Source of the DNA: Candidatus Poribacteria bacterium
Lineage (GTDB): Bacteria > Poribacteria > WGA-4E > UBA9662
DNA: 64,000 bases
Direction: 5' to 3'
Assembly: GCA_036339735.1 (NCBI GenBank)
Contig: JAYZAL010000036.1
Span: 96,001-160,000, forward strand
A program made the translations under genes and the position numbers. Under the pieces are notes generated by a model. The model was not told the DNA's origin. It ran no database searches and was given only the letters and a program-made list of their open reading frames with translations. Shown in pieces: positions 50,529 to 59,977 of this stretch; within the stretch, counting starts at the first letter, position 1, and each line of letters begins with the position of its first letter.

Positions 50529-51755
50529 GTGCCTGACGTAAAAATATACACAACTGACTTCTGTTCTTATTGTGAAGTAGCGAAGCGTTTACTAGGAAAA
50601 ATCGGGGTAAGTTATCAGGAGATCAATATCCATGGAGATGCCAAAAAGCGAGATGAAATCGAAGCACTAACCGGACGACGAGATGTGCCACAAATCTTCA
50701 TTGATAATCAACACATTGGAGATGATGATGACCTTGCGGCCCTAGTAAACTCTGGTAAGATTAACGAATTGTTAAATACTGAAGAACCCGAAGAAAAAAC
50801 GGAGACGAAAGCGATCGAAGAACGGAATGTTGTCATAATTGGTGGTGGTACTGCTGGCTTCGCGGCTGGAGTGTACACTTCGCGTGCCATGTTAGAACCA
50901 TTGCTCCTAACTGGTGAAGCACTTGGTGGTCAGCTCTCGTTGACACTAGACCTAGAAAACTATCCTGGCTACTTTGGAAACGAGGCTAATGAGTTCATTA
51001 TGGGCTTGAAAGAACAAGCCGAAAAATTTGGTACTGAGACTCGTTTCGAGACCGTTACAGATATCGATTTGGGTCAACATCCTTTTCTTGTTAATACTCA
51101 CGACCAGAGCTATTTGGCGAAGTCTGTCATCATTTGTACCGGCTCATCTCCTAGAATGCTGAACATCACAGGGGAACATGAGTACGGTGGAAAAGGTGTT
51201 TCTTACTGTGCAACATGTGACGGCTTCTTCTTTCAAGATCAGCGTCTGATTGTCGTTGGCGGGGGAGACGCAGCACTAGAAGAAGGTATATTCTTGACAA
51301 AATATGCTTCTGAAGTCTTCATTGTACACCGTAGAGACCAGCTAAGAGCCAGTCAAATCATGCAAGAGCGAGCATTCAAGAATGATAAAATTAAGTTCAT
51401 TTGGGATACCGTGGTTGAAGAAGTTGTTGGGGACGAGCAAAAGGTAACAGGTGCCAAACTAAAGAATGTAAAAACTGGTAGGACCGAGATTTTTCCCATT
51501 GATGGCGTATTTGTATTCATAGGACATATTCCTAACAATGAGTTATTTAGAGATAAAATTGATCTGGATGATCAAGGATATGTGATTGTTGACCGAAAAC
51601 AACAAACCAGTGTAGCAGGAATTTTTGCCGCCGGGGACATCCATGACCATGTATTTCGACAAGCCATTACGGCTGGAGGGGCAGGTGCAGCAGCTGGCAT
51701 CATGGCTGAAAAATTCATTGCTGATCTGGAAAATCGTTCTTACCCAACTGAATAA
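50529..51755 (+). CDS. trxB: Glutaredoxin - thioredoxin-disulfide reductase fusion
   Basis: N-terminal Grx3-like domain (CSYC, VPQIFI); TrxR motifs IIGGG, GGQL, GVSYCATCDG, GGGDAA, HRRD, FAAGD, RQAITA. Confidence 0.92.
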   Translation: MPDVKIYTTDFCSYCEVAKRLLGKIGVSYQEINIHGDAKKRDEIEALTGRRDVPQIFIDNQHIGDDDDLAALVNSGKINELLNTEEPEEKTETKAIEERNVVIIGGGTAGFAAGVYTSRAMLEPLLLTGEALGGQLSLTLDLENYPGYFGNEANEFIMGLKEQAEKFGTETRFETVTDIDLGQHPFLVNTHDQSYLAKSVIICTGSSPRMLNITGEHEYGGKGVSYCATCDGFFFQDQRLIVVGGGDAALEEGIFLTKYASEVFIVHRRDQLRASQIMQERAFKNDKIKFIWDTVVEEVVGDEQKVTGAKLKNVKTGRTEIFPIDGVFVFIGHIPNNELFRDKIDLDDQGYVIVDRKQQTSVAGIFAAGDIHDHVFRQAITAGGAGAAAGIMAEKFIADLENRSYPTE

Positions 51756-51782
51756 ATAATTAACTTCTATGGAGGATGTAAA

Positions 51783-52037
51783 ATGGGACTGGATTGGAAA
51801 CCACGCCACCGTGATTTGGTGATTGGGAACATTGATTGGCTAGCTCGTATAACAGACAAGGTCAGGGCAAAATTGGCGGGTATATTGGGCGAATATATCT
51901 ATCCTTGACCACAGGATAATAAGTTCCTGGAGGAACAAAGGTTAACTGCAGAGGAATTCGTACAGATAGTAGTCGACAACCCCTCAGATGAAGAAATGAT
52001 TGTTGCCATCAAAAAACTAGAAAACAGTAATTTATGA
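51783..52037 (+). CDS. DUF5069-like small protein with in-frame TGA (probable selenocysteine, codon 42)
   Basis: GGAGG RBS at 51771-51775; MGLDWKPRHRDLVIGNIDWLARITDKVRAKLAGILGEYIYP-TGA(51906-51908)-PQDNKFLEEQRLTAEEFVQIVVDNPSDEEMIVAIKKLENSNL; family-like pattern continues after the TGA. Confidence 0.8.
51909..51933 (+). promoter_or_regulatory. Candidate bacterial SECIS hairpin
   Basis: CCA-CAGGA-TAATAAGT-TCCTG-GAGG immediately 3' of the in-frame TGA. Confidence 0.5.
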
Positions 52038-52103
52038 CGGGGACAAGTTGTTTTTTGGATCAAATACAATAAATTTGAGCATGTATAGCGTGGGGAATCT
52101 TTT

Positions 52104-53195
52104 TTGAAGCTAGAAGACTTTCGGAAACAGTTAGACACAATTGATGACCAAATTTTGGCCTTACTCAACCAGCGGATCGATGTCGTTGAGCAGGTTGGTG
52201 ATCTTAAAAGAGAGCAAAGTCAATCACACAAAAAAGAGTTACAAGTCTATGCTCCACACCGAGAGAAACAAATCTTGGCTCGGTTACATCAAAAAAATCA
52301 CCATTTTCCGATTCAGGCATTAGATAAAATTTATGGAGAAATCATTTCTGCCTGCCGATCAGCAGAAAAATCATTAAAAATTGCATTTCTTGGTCCGGTC
52401 GGAACTTTTGGCCACGCTACTAGTTTAGAGCACTTCGGATCCTCAGTCGAATTCGTGCCGATTACGCCACAAGCAGATATTTTTTCGGAAGTGGAATCAA
52501 AACGAGTCGATTATGGTGTGATTGCTATTGAAAACTCGACTTACGGTAGTGTTCGAGACATTTTAGAGATGTTTCATCATACCTCACTCCAAATTTGCGG
52601 TGAGCGAATGATGAAAATAGATCACAACCTTATGTCAATTTCCCCACTTTCAGACGTGAAGCGAATTTATTCTCACGAGCAAGCATTTGCTCAATGTCGT
52701 TTCTGGTTGAAACAGAATTTGTCTAATGTTGAATTCGTTCGTGTACACAGTACTGCAGAAGCTGCCAGGCTTGCTACCAACGAACTTGGTTCAGCTGCTA
52801 TTGCTAGCCGGTTAGCAAGTCAATATCATCGTATGCCCATTATTGCTAAGTCGATCATGGATAATACCAATAATATGACCAGATTCCTAATTATTGGACA
52901 TCATACGGCAGAACCAACTGGTCAAGATCGAACTTCTATTCTGTTTGGTGTACGTGATAAAGTTGGGTCATTAGCAGATGTGTTAACTATTCTCCGGGAC
53001 CATCGTCTTAACATGAGTAAAATTGAATCACTTCCTTCTCAAAATAAGACTTGGGAATATGTGTTCTTTGCGGACTTCAGTGGCCACCAATTAGACCCAC
53101 AAGTTAGTCTAGCTCTGCCGTCGATTCGAGAAAAATCTGCCTTTGTAAAAGTTCTTGGAAGTTATCCTACAGACAACAGATATATTGAAACGTAA
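52104..53195 (+). CDS. pheA: Chorismate mutase / prephenate dehydratase
   Basis: AroQ-type N-terminus; FLGPVGTF, IENSTYG, NMTRF, ACT domain MSKIES. Confidence 0.95.
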   Translation: MKLEDFRKQLDTIDDQILALLNQRIDVVEQVGDLKREQSQSHKKELQVYAPHREKQILARLHQKNHHFPIQALDKIYGEIISACRSAEKSLKIAFLGPVGTFGHATSLEHFGSSVEFVPITPQADIFSEVESKRVDYGVIAIENSTYGSVRDILEMFHHTSLQICGERMMKIDHNLMSISPLSDVKRIYSHEQAFAQCRFWLKQNLSNVEFVRVHSTAEAARLATNELGSAAIASRLASQYHRMPIIAKSIMDNTNNMTRFLIIGHHTAEPTGQDRTSILFGVRDKVGSLADVLTILRDHRLNMSKIESLPSQNKTWEYVFFADFSGHQLDPQVSLALPSIREKSAFVKVLGSYPTDNRYIET

Positions 53196-53202
53196 TTAGA
53201 GT

Positions 53203-53236
53203 TGTTTCTAGTCTGTTGGCCACCAGATTAGAAACA
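53203..53236 (+). terminator. Hairpin after pheA
   Basis: TGTTTCTAGTCTG-N8-CAGATTAGAAACA; no U-tract. Confidence 0.45.
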
Positions 53237-53256
53237 CTCGAAAGAGGGATTAGTCA

Positions 53257-54501
53257 TTGTCGGATTTAAAAAGCCGGTGTGTTTTAGTTGTTGATGATGA
53301 TCCCATGGTCCGATCGGTCGTCAAGGAAGCATTTCGTCACGATAATTACCAAATCTGTAGTGCTAGTAACGGCGAGGATGCACTTGCATTGCTGCCTAAA
53401 ATTTCTCCTATTCTTGTGTTGTTAGATCTCAGGATGCCAGTGATGAATGGCTTCCAATTTCTTGAACATATAAAAACAATGGGTTTTCCTCCTCAGGGGA
53501 CAAGCTCAGGCGAGGCGGTAGGACATCTTTCGTCCCTTCCTTTTTCTATTGTAGTTATGGCTCAGATTCACCAAGATCACGACTTCGCACGCTGTTACGA
53601 ATTTGGAATTACCGCATTTCTAAAGAAGCCATTCAATGTTCATGAGTTGAAAGGATTAGTCAGTAACTTAGTTTCTTTCAAACAAAATGAGAAAAATCTG
53701 GAAGAATTAGTCATACAAAATGATCAAAAACTCATTACAACCAGTAATCAACTAGAAGAAGAGACTGCAGCTCGATACTTAGCAGAATCCCAACTCAACA
53801 GAGCAAAAATACTAATTGATAAAACATACGATAGTCAGAAAAAGTTGATTATTGATATCAATCAACAGTTTTATTCCACCACTAAGCAAATCCTTGACAA
53901 AATTACTCAACTTACTAATCAACCACTAACTATAGAACAGAGAAAAAATTTAGGTTATATCAAATCATCAGCCTACGAAGCGGTCGATCTATCTCAAAGC
54001 ATGTTAAGTCTTCTTGAAGTGAATGATTCACCTAGCAAAGGTCTCAGTGTTAATTTCGACCTTCGTCATTTAGTAATAGAAATGCTAGAAGAGCAAGAAC
54101 GGAGGGTTGGCTCTCATATTTTCGCATTTTCCACCATAATTGCTCCAGAAGTACCAACATTAGTGGTTGGAAATCGGACAATTATTAGGCAACTGATTTG
54201 TAGTATGATTCGGAACGTATTTATTTCTACTAATTCACCAGATGGGTCCAAAAAAACTGGAATTGAATTTCGAATAGAGATTGAAACATTAACAGAAACC
54301 TCAGCTCAATTTCAGTTGACTGCCAGTAATCAAATGACCGCAGATAATACAATTAGCGAAAAAACAAGAAATGTAATAAATTTGAAATTGTCAATTGACA
54401 AAAGGGTTGCAGACCTTATACAAGGCAAGGTCAAATTTGAGGAAAAACAGGGTGAAATATTTTATCAGTTAAGTGTTCCATTAGGTTGGGTCATAGAATG
54501 A
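53257..54501 (+). CDS. Response regulator with degenerate histidine-kinase-like C-terminus
   Basis: REC (VVDDD, LLDLRMP, KP), coiled coil, then HisKA/HATPase-like sequence without the H-box His or G boxes. Confidence 0.75.
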   Translation: MSDLKSRCVLVVDDDPMVRSVVKEAFRHDNYQICSASNGEDALALLPKISPILVLLDLRMPVMNGFQFLEHIKTMGFPPQGTSSGEAVGHLSSLPFSIVVMAQIHQDHDFARCYEFGITAFLKKPFNVHELKGLVSNLVSFKQNEKNLEELVIQNDQKLITTSNQLEEETAARYLAESQLNRAKILIDKTYDSQKKLIIDINQQFYSTTKQILDKITQLTNQPLTIEQRKNLGYIKSSAYEAVDLSQSMLSLLEVNDSPSKGLSVNFDLRHLVIEMLEEQERRVGSHIFAFSTIIAPEVPTLVVGNRTIIRQLICSMIRNVFISTNSPDGSKKTGIEFRIEIETLTETSAQFQLTASNQMTADNTISEKTRNVINLKLSIDKRVADLIQGKVKFEEKQGEIFYQLSVPLGWVIE

Positions 54502-54535
54502 AATGCTGTCAGTCAGTACACAAATGTTGTGTACC

Positions 54536-55324
54536 TTAAGGCGTACCACGCCTTTGTCCTCCATCCATATAAATTGAACTACCAAAAACATAAGAGCAAG
54601 CCGAAGAAGCTAAAAATACCGCCGCGTTTGCGATTTCTTCTGGCTCAGCCATTCTTCCAGCTGGTAGCCGCCCCGCTAGTTGTAATAATAGATCCTCTAC
54701 GTTTTTCCCTTCTTTTTTGGCTTTTGCTCGTTGCTGGGTTCTGGCTCTGTTGGTATTAGTCAACCCTGGGCAAATGCTATTAACCAAGATACCATCTTTT
54801 GCAACAGCATCGGATAAGGCACGTGTCATATTAAGAATTAAAATATTTGCTGAGCCTGTCGGAATGTTATGTCGCGTCGGGCTCGTACCCGCAGCACCAG
54901 CAATATTAATAATTCGACCCCACCTATTGAGCTTCATATGAGGAATCACCTCTTGCGCCATTTTCAGATAACTAAAGCTTTTTAATCGTAATGCTGATTC
55001 TATTTGTTCTCTAGCTAAATCTAAAATGTCACTGTTCTGAGCAGAACCAACATTGTTGATTAAAATGTCGACTCCACCCAAAAATCGAACAGCTTCTTGT
55101 ACGACTTGCCGACAACCTTCAGCAGTAGCTAGATCCTCGGTAACAGCATACCCACAAACACCAATGGCTTCAATTTCTGAAACGACCTGTTCCAAATCCG
55201 TTTTCGTTCTGGATACGATGCAGACTTCAACTCCTTCTTTGGCTAAACCTAAAGCACAAGCTCGTCCGATACCACGACTAGCACCAGTTACAATAGCTCG
55301 TTTTCCTGCTAAACCTAATTCCAT
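54536..55324 (-). CDS. SDR family oxidoreductase
   Basis: TGASRGIG, LINNVG, NSICPG, GSSIYMDGG; YxxxK absent. Confidence 0.88.
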   Translation of the reverse strand: MELGLAGKRAIVTGASRGIGRACALGLAKEGVEVCIVSRTKTDLEQVVSEIEAIGVCGYAVTEDLATAEGCRQVVQEAVRFLGGVDILINNVGSAQNSDILDLAREQIESALRLKSFSYLKMAQEVIPHMKLNRWGRIINIAGAAGTSPTRHNIPTGSANILILNMTRALSDAVAKDGILVNSICPGLTNTNRARTQQRAKAKKEGKNVEDLLLQLAGRLPAGRMAEPEEIANAAVFLASSACSYVFGSSIYMDGGQRRGTP

Positions 55325-55472
55325 TTTGCCCCTTTTTAGTTTTCGATCTTAATTTTCAAAAATAATGGAAAAAACTTACTTCGAAAGACCCAAGTTGGTT
55401 ACTTGCAAACCTTACGTACTTCTGATATTATTTGACCCCAGGTAGGTCGTAAACCTCGAAGCCTCGTAGTTA

Positions 55473-56051
55473 ATGCGAATTCAGTACAATTCCCCTGTCA
55501 TCTTAACATTCTCTATCGTTGTCGTCTTGATTCACGTTTTTAGTGAGTTTACGTCTATCGATATATCTAAGCATTTTTTCACAATTTATGATCCTATGTC
55601 AATCAAAGATCCTATAGCCTACTTCCGCTTATTCTCACATATACTCGGTCATGCTAGCTGGAGCCACCTAACAGGAAATTTGACTCTTGTTTTATTACTC
55701 GGTCCAATCCTAGAAGAGCGGTACGGTAGTCGAACAGTATTAATCATGATTCTTGCTACTGCTCTGATTACTGGGTTTGTACACATAGCAGTTCCTCTAT
55801 TCGATAATATGGGGCTACGTGGAGCTAGTGGTATTGTTTTTATGCTGATAGTTTTATCATCATTCGTTAATGTTAAACGTGGTACTATTCCTCTGACCTT
55901 CATTTTGATTGCTATTCTCTATTTAGGTAAAGAAGTAGTTAACGTTTTACAACATGATAATATATCTCAAATGGCACATATTGTCGGCGGGGCATTAGGT
56001 TCATTTTTTGGATTTGCACTGCAAGACGATAGTTCACCATCGACCACTTAA
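55473..56051 (+). CDS. Rhomboid family intramembrane serine protease
   Basis: HLTGN, GASG, ISQMAHIVGG. Confidence 0.88.
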   Translation: MRIQYNSPVILTFSIVVVLIHVFSEFTSIDISKHFFTIYDPMSIKDPIAYFRLFSHILGHASWSHLTGNLTLVLLLGPILEERYGSRTVLIMILATALITGFVHIAVPLFDNMGLRGASGIVFMLIVLSSFVNVKRGTIPLTFILIAILYLGKEVVNVLQHDNISQMAHIVGGALGSFFGFALQDDSSPSTT

Positions 56052-56079
56052 ATAATTATTTATTATTTCCGAGTAAGTT

Positions 56080-57198
56080 ATGCACGATCCAAGATTCGAT
56101 CAACTAGCAAGCCTATTGGTTAATCATTCCACCAAAATTCAATTCGATGAGCGTGTACTTATCGAGGCTACTGATGTCCCAGCGGAGATGATAATTGCAG
56201 TTATAAGAGCTGTTCGACAAGCAGGAGGCATTCCACTAGTAGAACTAAAACAAAATCGTATTCAGCGAGAATTATTGAAAGCCAGCCGCGTGGAAGGGCT
56301 TCAAGAAATCGCTGATTATGAAACTTATCGGATGAGTAAAGTACAAGCATACATAGGAATTCGTGGAGGTGATAATACTGCAGAGCTATCCGATGTGCCG
56401 AGCTTGGCCATGAAAAATTATCAAGAATATTGGCTAAAACCTGTCCACTTTGACATGCGGGTGCCCAAAACTAAGTGGGTGGTTTTACGTTGGCCAACAT
56501 CTTCTATGGCCCAACAAGCCAAGATGAGCACAGAAGCCTTCGAAGATTTTTACTTTCGAGTTTGTACCTTCGATTACGATCGAATGGCTAAAGCAATTCA
56601 ACCATTACAGAAAATAATGGAGCGAGCTGAACAAATTCGCATTTTGGGTCCAGAAACCGATCTGAAGTTTAGCATCAAAAATATTTCTGCCATCCCTTGT
56701 AGTGGTGAGTGTAATATTCCTGACGGAGAATGTTTCACGGCACCAGTTCGAGAATCAGTTAATGGACACATCAGTTTTAATGTGCCTAGCCTTTATCAAG
56801 GTACAACTTTTAACGATATCTATCTAAAGTTTGAAAACGGAAAAATCGTCGAGGCATCGGCGAACAATACTACACGACTCAACGAAATTTTGAATACTGA
56901 CAATGGATCTAGATATATAGGAGAATTTTCTATTGCATTCAATCCACATATTCAGCGTCCAATGTTGGATATTTTATTTGACGAAAAAATTTCTGGTTCC
57001 TTCCATCTCACACCAGGTCAAGCATATGAAGAAGCCGACAATGGAGTTCGTTCTAGTATTCATTGGGATATGGTTATGATCCAAAGACCAGAATTTGGTG
57101 GTGGAGAAATATACTTCGACCAGCAATTAGTAAGGAAAGATGGGATTTTTGTACTACCTGAGCTGGAAGGGTTAAATCCTAAACAACTATCTAGTTGA
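56080..57198 (+). CDS. M29 (AmpS/PepS-type) aminopeptidase
   Basis: NIPDGECFTAP, IGEFS, ILFDEKISGSFH, SIHWDMV. Confidence 0.92.
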   Translation: MHDPRFDQLASLLVNHSTKIQFDERVLIEATDVPAEMIIAVIRAVRQAGGIPLVELKQNRIQRELLKASRVEGLQEIADYETYRMSKVQAYIGIRGGDNTAELSDVPSLAMKNYQEYWLKPVHFDMRVPKTKWVVLRWPTSSMAQQAKMSTEAFEDFYFRVCTFDYDRMAKAIQPLQKIMERAEQIRILGPETDLKFSIKNISAIPCSGECNIPDGECFTAPVRESVNGHISFNVPSLYQGTTFNDIYLKFENGKIVEASANNTTRLNEILNTDNGSRYIGEFSIAFNPHIQRPMLDILFDEKISGSFHLTPGQAYEEADNGVRSSIHWDMVMIQRPEFGGGEIYFDQQLVRKDGIFVLPELEGLNPKQLSS

Positions 57199-57393
57199 AT
57201 AACAAAGAAAACAGTTTGGTAACAGCCCAGTGCTATCCCAAAATTGTAGCTAACGAGATTGTTATCGTTTAAGTATCAAATTTTGCACGCAAGAGTTTTT
57301 TGTACAAAGGGTGTCTGTATCTGTAAAAGAGGGAAAATTTCAATAAGGGATAGAATACAAAAAATGAGGGGATAACCTGAAGGATTGAAACAA

Positions 57394-58467
57394 CTAAAAA
57401 TTTCCAGAAATAGAAATCCGTTGCGAAGGCCCGAGTTCATGAGGGGTAAATGCGTAATCAGTTAACAATGTCGCTTCTCCTAAGCGAAGTTGAAAACCTG
57501 CACCGGCTGAAAAATTGCGGCCATCTTGCCCCACTCGAACAGCCAAGATATCGAACAACCAAAGTTCGCTACCATACCGAGGTGTCCATTGTCTTTGTTG
57601 TTCATCAAGGTCTTGGTCTACGGTATCTTGCAAACCTGTTTGTAAATCAAGGCCAAGGCGTAATCGCCCAAATTGAGCCAAATTCAAGTTGTAAGATATA
57701 CCAAACCGAAGGGTAGATCGACGAGTAAAAGTCGGAGATGATTCAGTTTTTGACCACTTGATTTGTGTTCCGGTTGCATCCAACAATAATGCCCCTAAAT
57801 GTAGGTTTTTAACCGGTTGGTACATCAGTCCAAGATCGAGACCTAGGCCATTGCCCGAACTTTGAAAGACTGTTTGTCTAATAATTTTTAGGTTGCCACC
57901 AACCGATAGGATGGGACTGATTTCTCGTGCAAGGGATAACAGCAAAGCATTATCTGCATTGCTAAAATATTCTGCGACCACTGGTCGATCGATGTAGAGT
58001 TCCCCCTCTTCCTTAATTCCATTTCCATTTTTATCTTGAAAGTCTCCTAATTTACCATTGCTATTAATGTCGATGAACGTAGTACGGGGAATTTGATCAA
58101 TGCCCAATCGAATCCAACTGACACCCAGTACACCAATATCCACTACCCGCTGTATGTAATTGACAAAACTATATTGTACTAAGCCTTTACGCAAAAAAGC
58201 ACCCTGACCGGAACCAAATGTGTCGGAATACATCATTGAAAAGGCGTGCTTGCTAACTTGGGTTAAACCTGCTGGATTCCAATAGGCTGCCGTAGCATCA
58301 TCGGCGATAGAGACAAAGACACTTCCCATACCTAGAGCCCTGGCACCGACACCATGATTCAGAAATTCAGCCACATAATTTCCTTTTTCTGCAGATTGAG
58401 TCACTGATGCACTTACGGAAAAAAAAATCAGGTAAAGAATTAAAAGGATACGATTTTGGGTCAGCAT
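57394..58467 (-). CDS. PorV/PorQ-family outer-membrane beta-barrel
   Basis: GARALGMG, ADDATAAYWNPAGL, GLDLG, DYAF, terminal Phe. Confidence 0.85.
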   Translation of the reverse strand: MLTQNRILLILYLIFFSVSASVTQSAEKGNYVAEFLNHGVGARALGMGSVFVSIADDATAAYWNPAGLTQVSKHAFSMMYSDTFGSGQGAFLRKGLVQYSFVNYIQRVVDIGVLGVSWIRLGIDQIPRTTFIDINSNGKLGDFQDKNGNGIKEEGELYIDRPVVAEYFSNADNALLLSLAREISPILSVGGNLKIIRQTVFQSSGNGLGLDLGLMYQPVKNLHLGALLLDATGTQIKWSKTESSPTFTRRSTLRFGISYNLNLAQFGRLRLGLDLQTGLQDTVDQDLDEQQRQWTPRYGSELWLFDILAVRVGQDGRNFSAGAGFQLRLGEATLLTDYAFTPHELGPSQRISISGNF

Positions 58468-58573
58468 AATTGGTATTGTAACATATTCAGACTAATCGTC
58501 CCCCAAATTTTCAGCTGGATATTATTCTTAATTTTCTGCATAATGTTAGGTGTGATTTTGGAGCGAATTGTGT

Positions 58574-59977
58574 ATGCGACCTCATATTGTCTATATTTTA
58601 TCTGATGAACACTCGGGAATGGCCATGAGCCATGCAGGAGATCCAAATGTTAGTACGCCTAATATGGATCGAATGGCTAACCAAGGAGTCAGTTTTACTA
58701 ATGCCTACGCTAATTGTCCGATTTGCACCCCATCGAGGGGAATGATTTTCTCCGGACGTTATGCTCATTCAGGTCCTGTACAGTATTTTTTCGATGTTTA
58801 TAAAGCGACAGCACCAAGCACAGCTACCATCCTACGTGATGTGGGTTATCACACGGCCTATTTCGGCAAGTGGCACTGCGGTGTCGTTCAAGATCAATTG
58901 CCAGAAACGGTTCGAAATGATAGGGAAAACTACACGCGTTGGCCTCACCGGACCCCCGAATATCATCGAGCAGGTTTTCAAGATTGGCATGGTTTTGAAA
59001 TCAATAATGCCCCTTTTAAGGGATTTTACTATCATCAGGATGAAACTGACCCCCGCTGGCTAGAAAAGTACCAAACCGACGCTCTGACGGATATGACTTT
59101 ATCTTACTTAGATTCGTATGAACAAGAAGAACCATTATTTTTAGTACTTAGTGTCGAACCACCTCACTTTCCCTTAGAGGCGCCAGAAGAGTTTATGCGC
59201 TTTAATCCCAATAGTCTACAAATACGTCCTAACTTTGCTGATTCGCCTCGAATGCGGGAACAATTAGCAACATACTATGCGATGATTGAAAATCTGGATT
59301 GGAATATAGGCCGGGTTTTAGATAAGCTTAATTGTTTGCCGAAATTCCAAAATAATACATTGACGGTCTACTTCTCGGATCATGGAGACTTTATGGGTAG
59401 CCACGGTGCAATCAATCGTAAAGAATATCCACATCAGGAATCAGTTCGGATTCCTACAATTTTTCATTTTCCGACTCAATTACCAGCTCAGCCCAACCGA
59501 AACGACTTATTCAGTTTAGTAGATCTTCTACCAACCACATTGGGTCTCGTTGATGTCACTCAGCCTGCCTATCTCCAAGGTACAGATTTCTCTCCAGCAG
59601 TACGTAATGAGGATTTCACTGGTCCCAGCAGTATTCTTCTTGAAATGTGTGGTAATCCTAGGTGGAGCCTAGACTTTTTGGACTGGCGAGCACTTGTAAC
59701 CAGCGAGTGGAAGTATGCTTATTTTGAGACCGGCCATGAATTACTATTTGATTTGTCCAAAGATCCTTATGAGCAGAACAATCTAGCATCAAGTGAACCA
59801 AAGCAAAAGCAATATTTCCGTCAGGAGCTACTGAATGTTCTATCACATACAAGAGAACCATATTTTGATATTCTAATGGAAAATGGAACCTCGATCGAGG
59901 GACCGGTGAAGGATGTTTCAGGAGCAAAACGAGGTGGGCTGGCACCAACCTGGGATGATCAATCAATTCTATCATGA
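58574..59977 (+). CDS. Sulfatase (formylglycine type)
   Basis: ILSDEH, CTPSRG (CxPSR), GKWH, PPH, SDHGD. Confidence 0.92.
   Translation: MRPHIVYILSDEHSGMAMSHAGDPNVSTPNMDRMANQGVSFTNAYANCPICTPSRGMIFSGRYAHSGPVQYFFDVYKATAPSTATILRDVGYHTAYFGKWHCGVVQDQLPETVRNDRENYTRWPHRTPEYHRAGFQDWHGFEINNAPFKGFYYHQDETDPRWLEKYQTDALTDMTLSYLDSYEQEEPLFLVLSVEPPHFPLEAPEEFMRFNPNSLQIRPNFADSPRMREQLATYYAMIENLDWNIGRVLDKLNCLPKFQNNTLTVYFSDHGDFMGSHGAINRKEYPHQESVRIPTIFHFPTQLPAQPNRNDLFSLVDLLPTTLGLVDVTQPAYLQGTDFSPAVRNEDFTGPSSILLEMCGNPRWSLDFLDWRALVTSEWKYAYFETGHELLFDLSKDPYEQNNLASSEPKQKQYFRQELLNVLSHTREPYFDILMENGTSIEGPVKDVSGAKRGGLAPTWDDQSILS

Noticed and set aside
51899-52168. 89-aa minus-strand ORF
   Set aside because: Shadow of the plus-strand TGA-containing gene and the start of pheA
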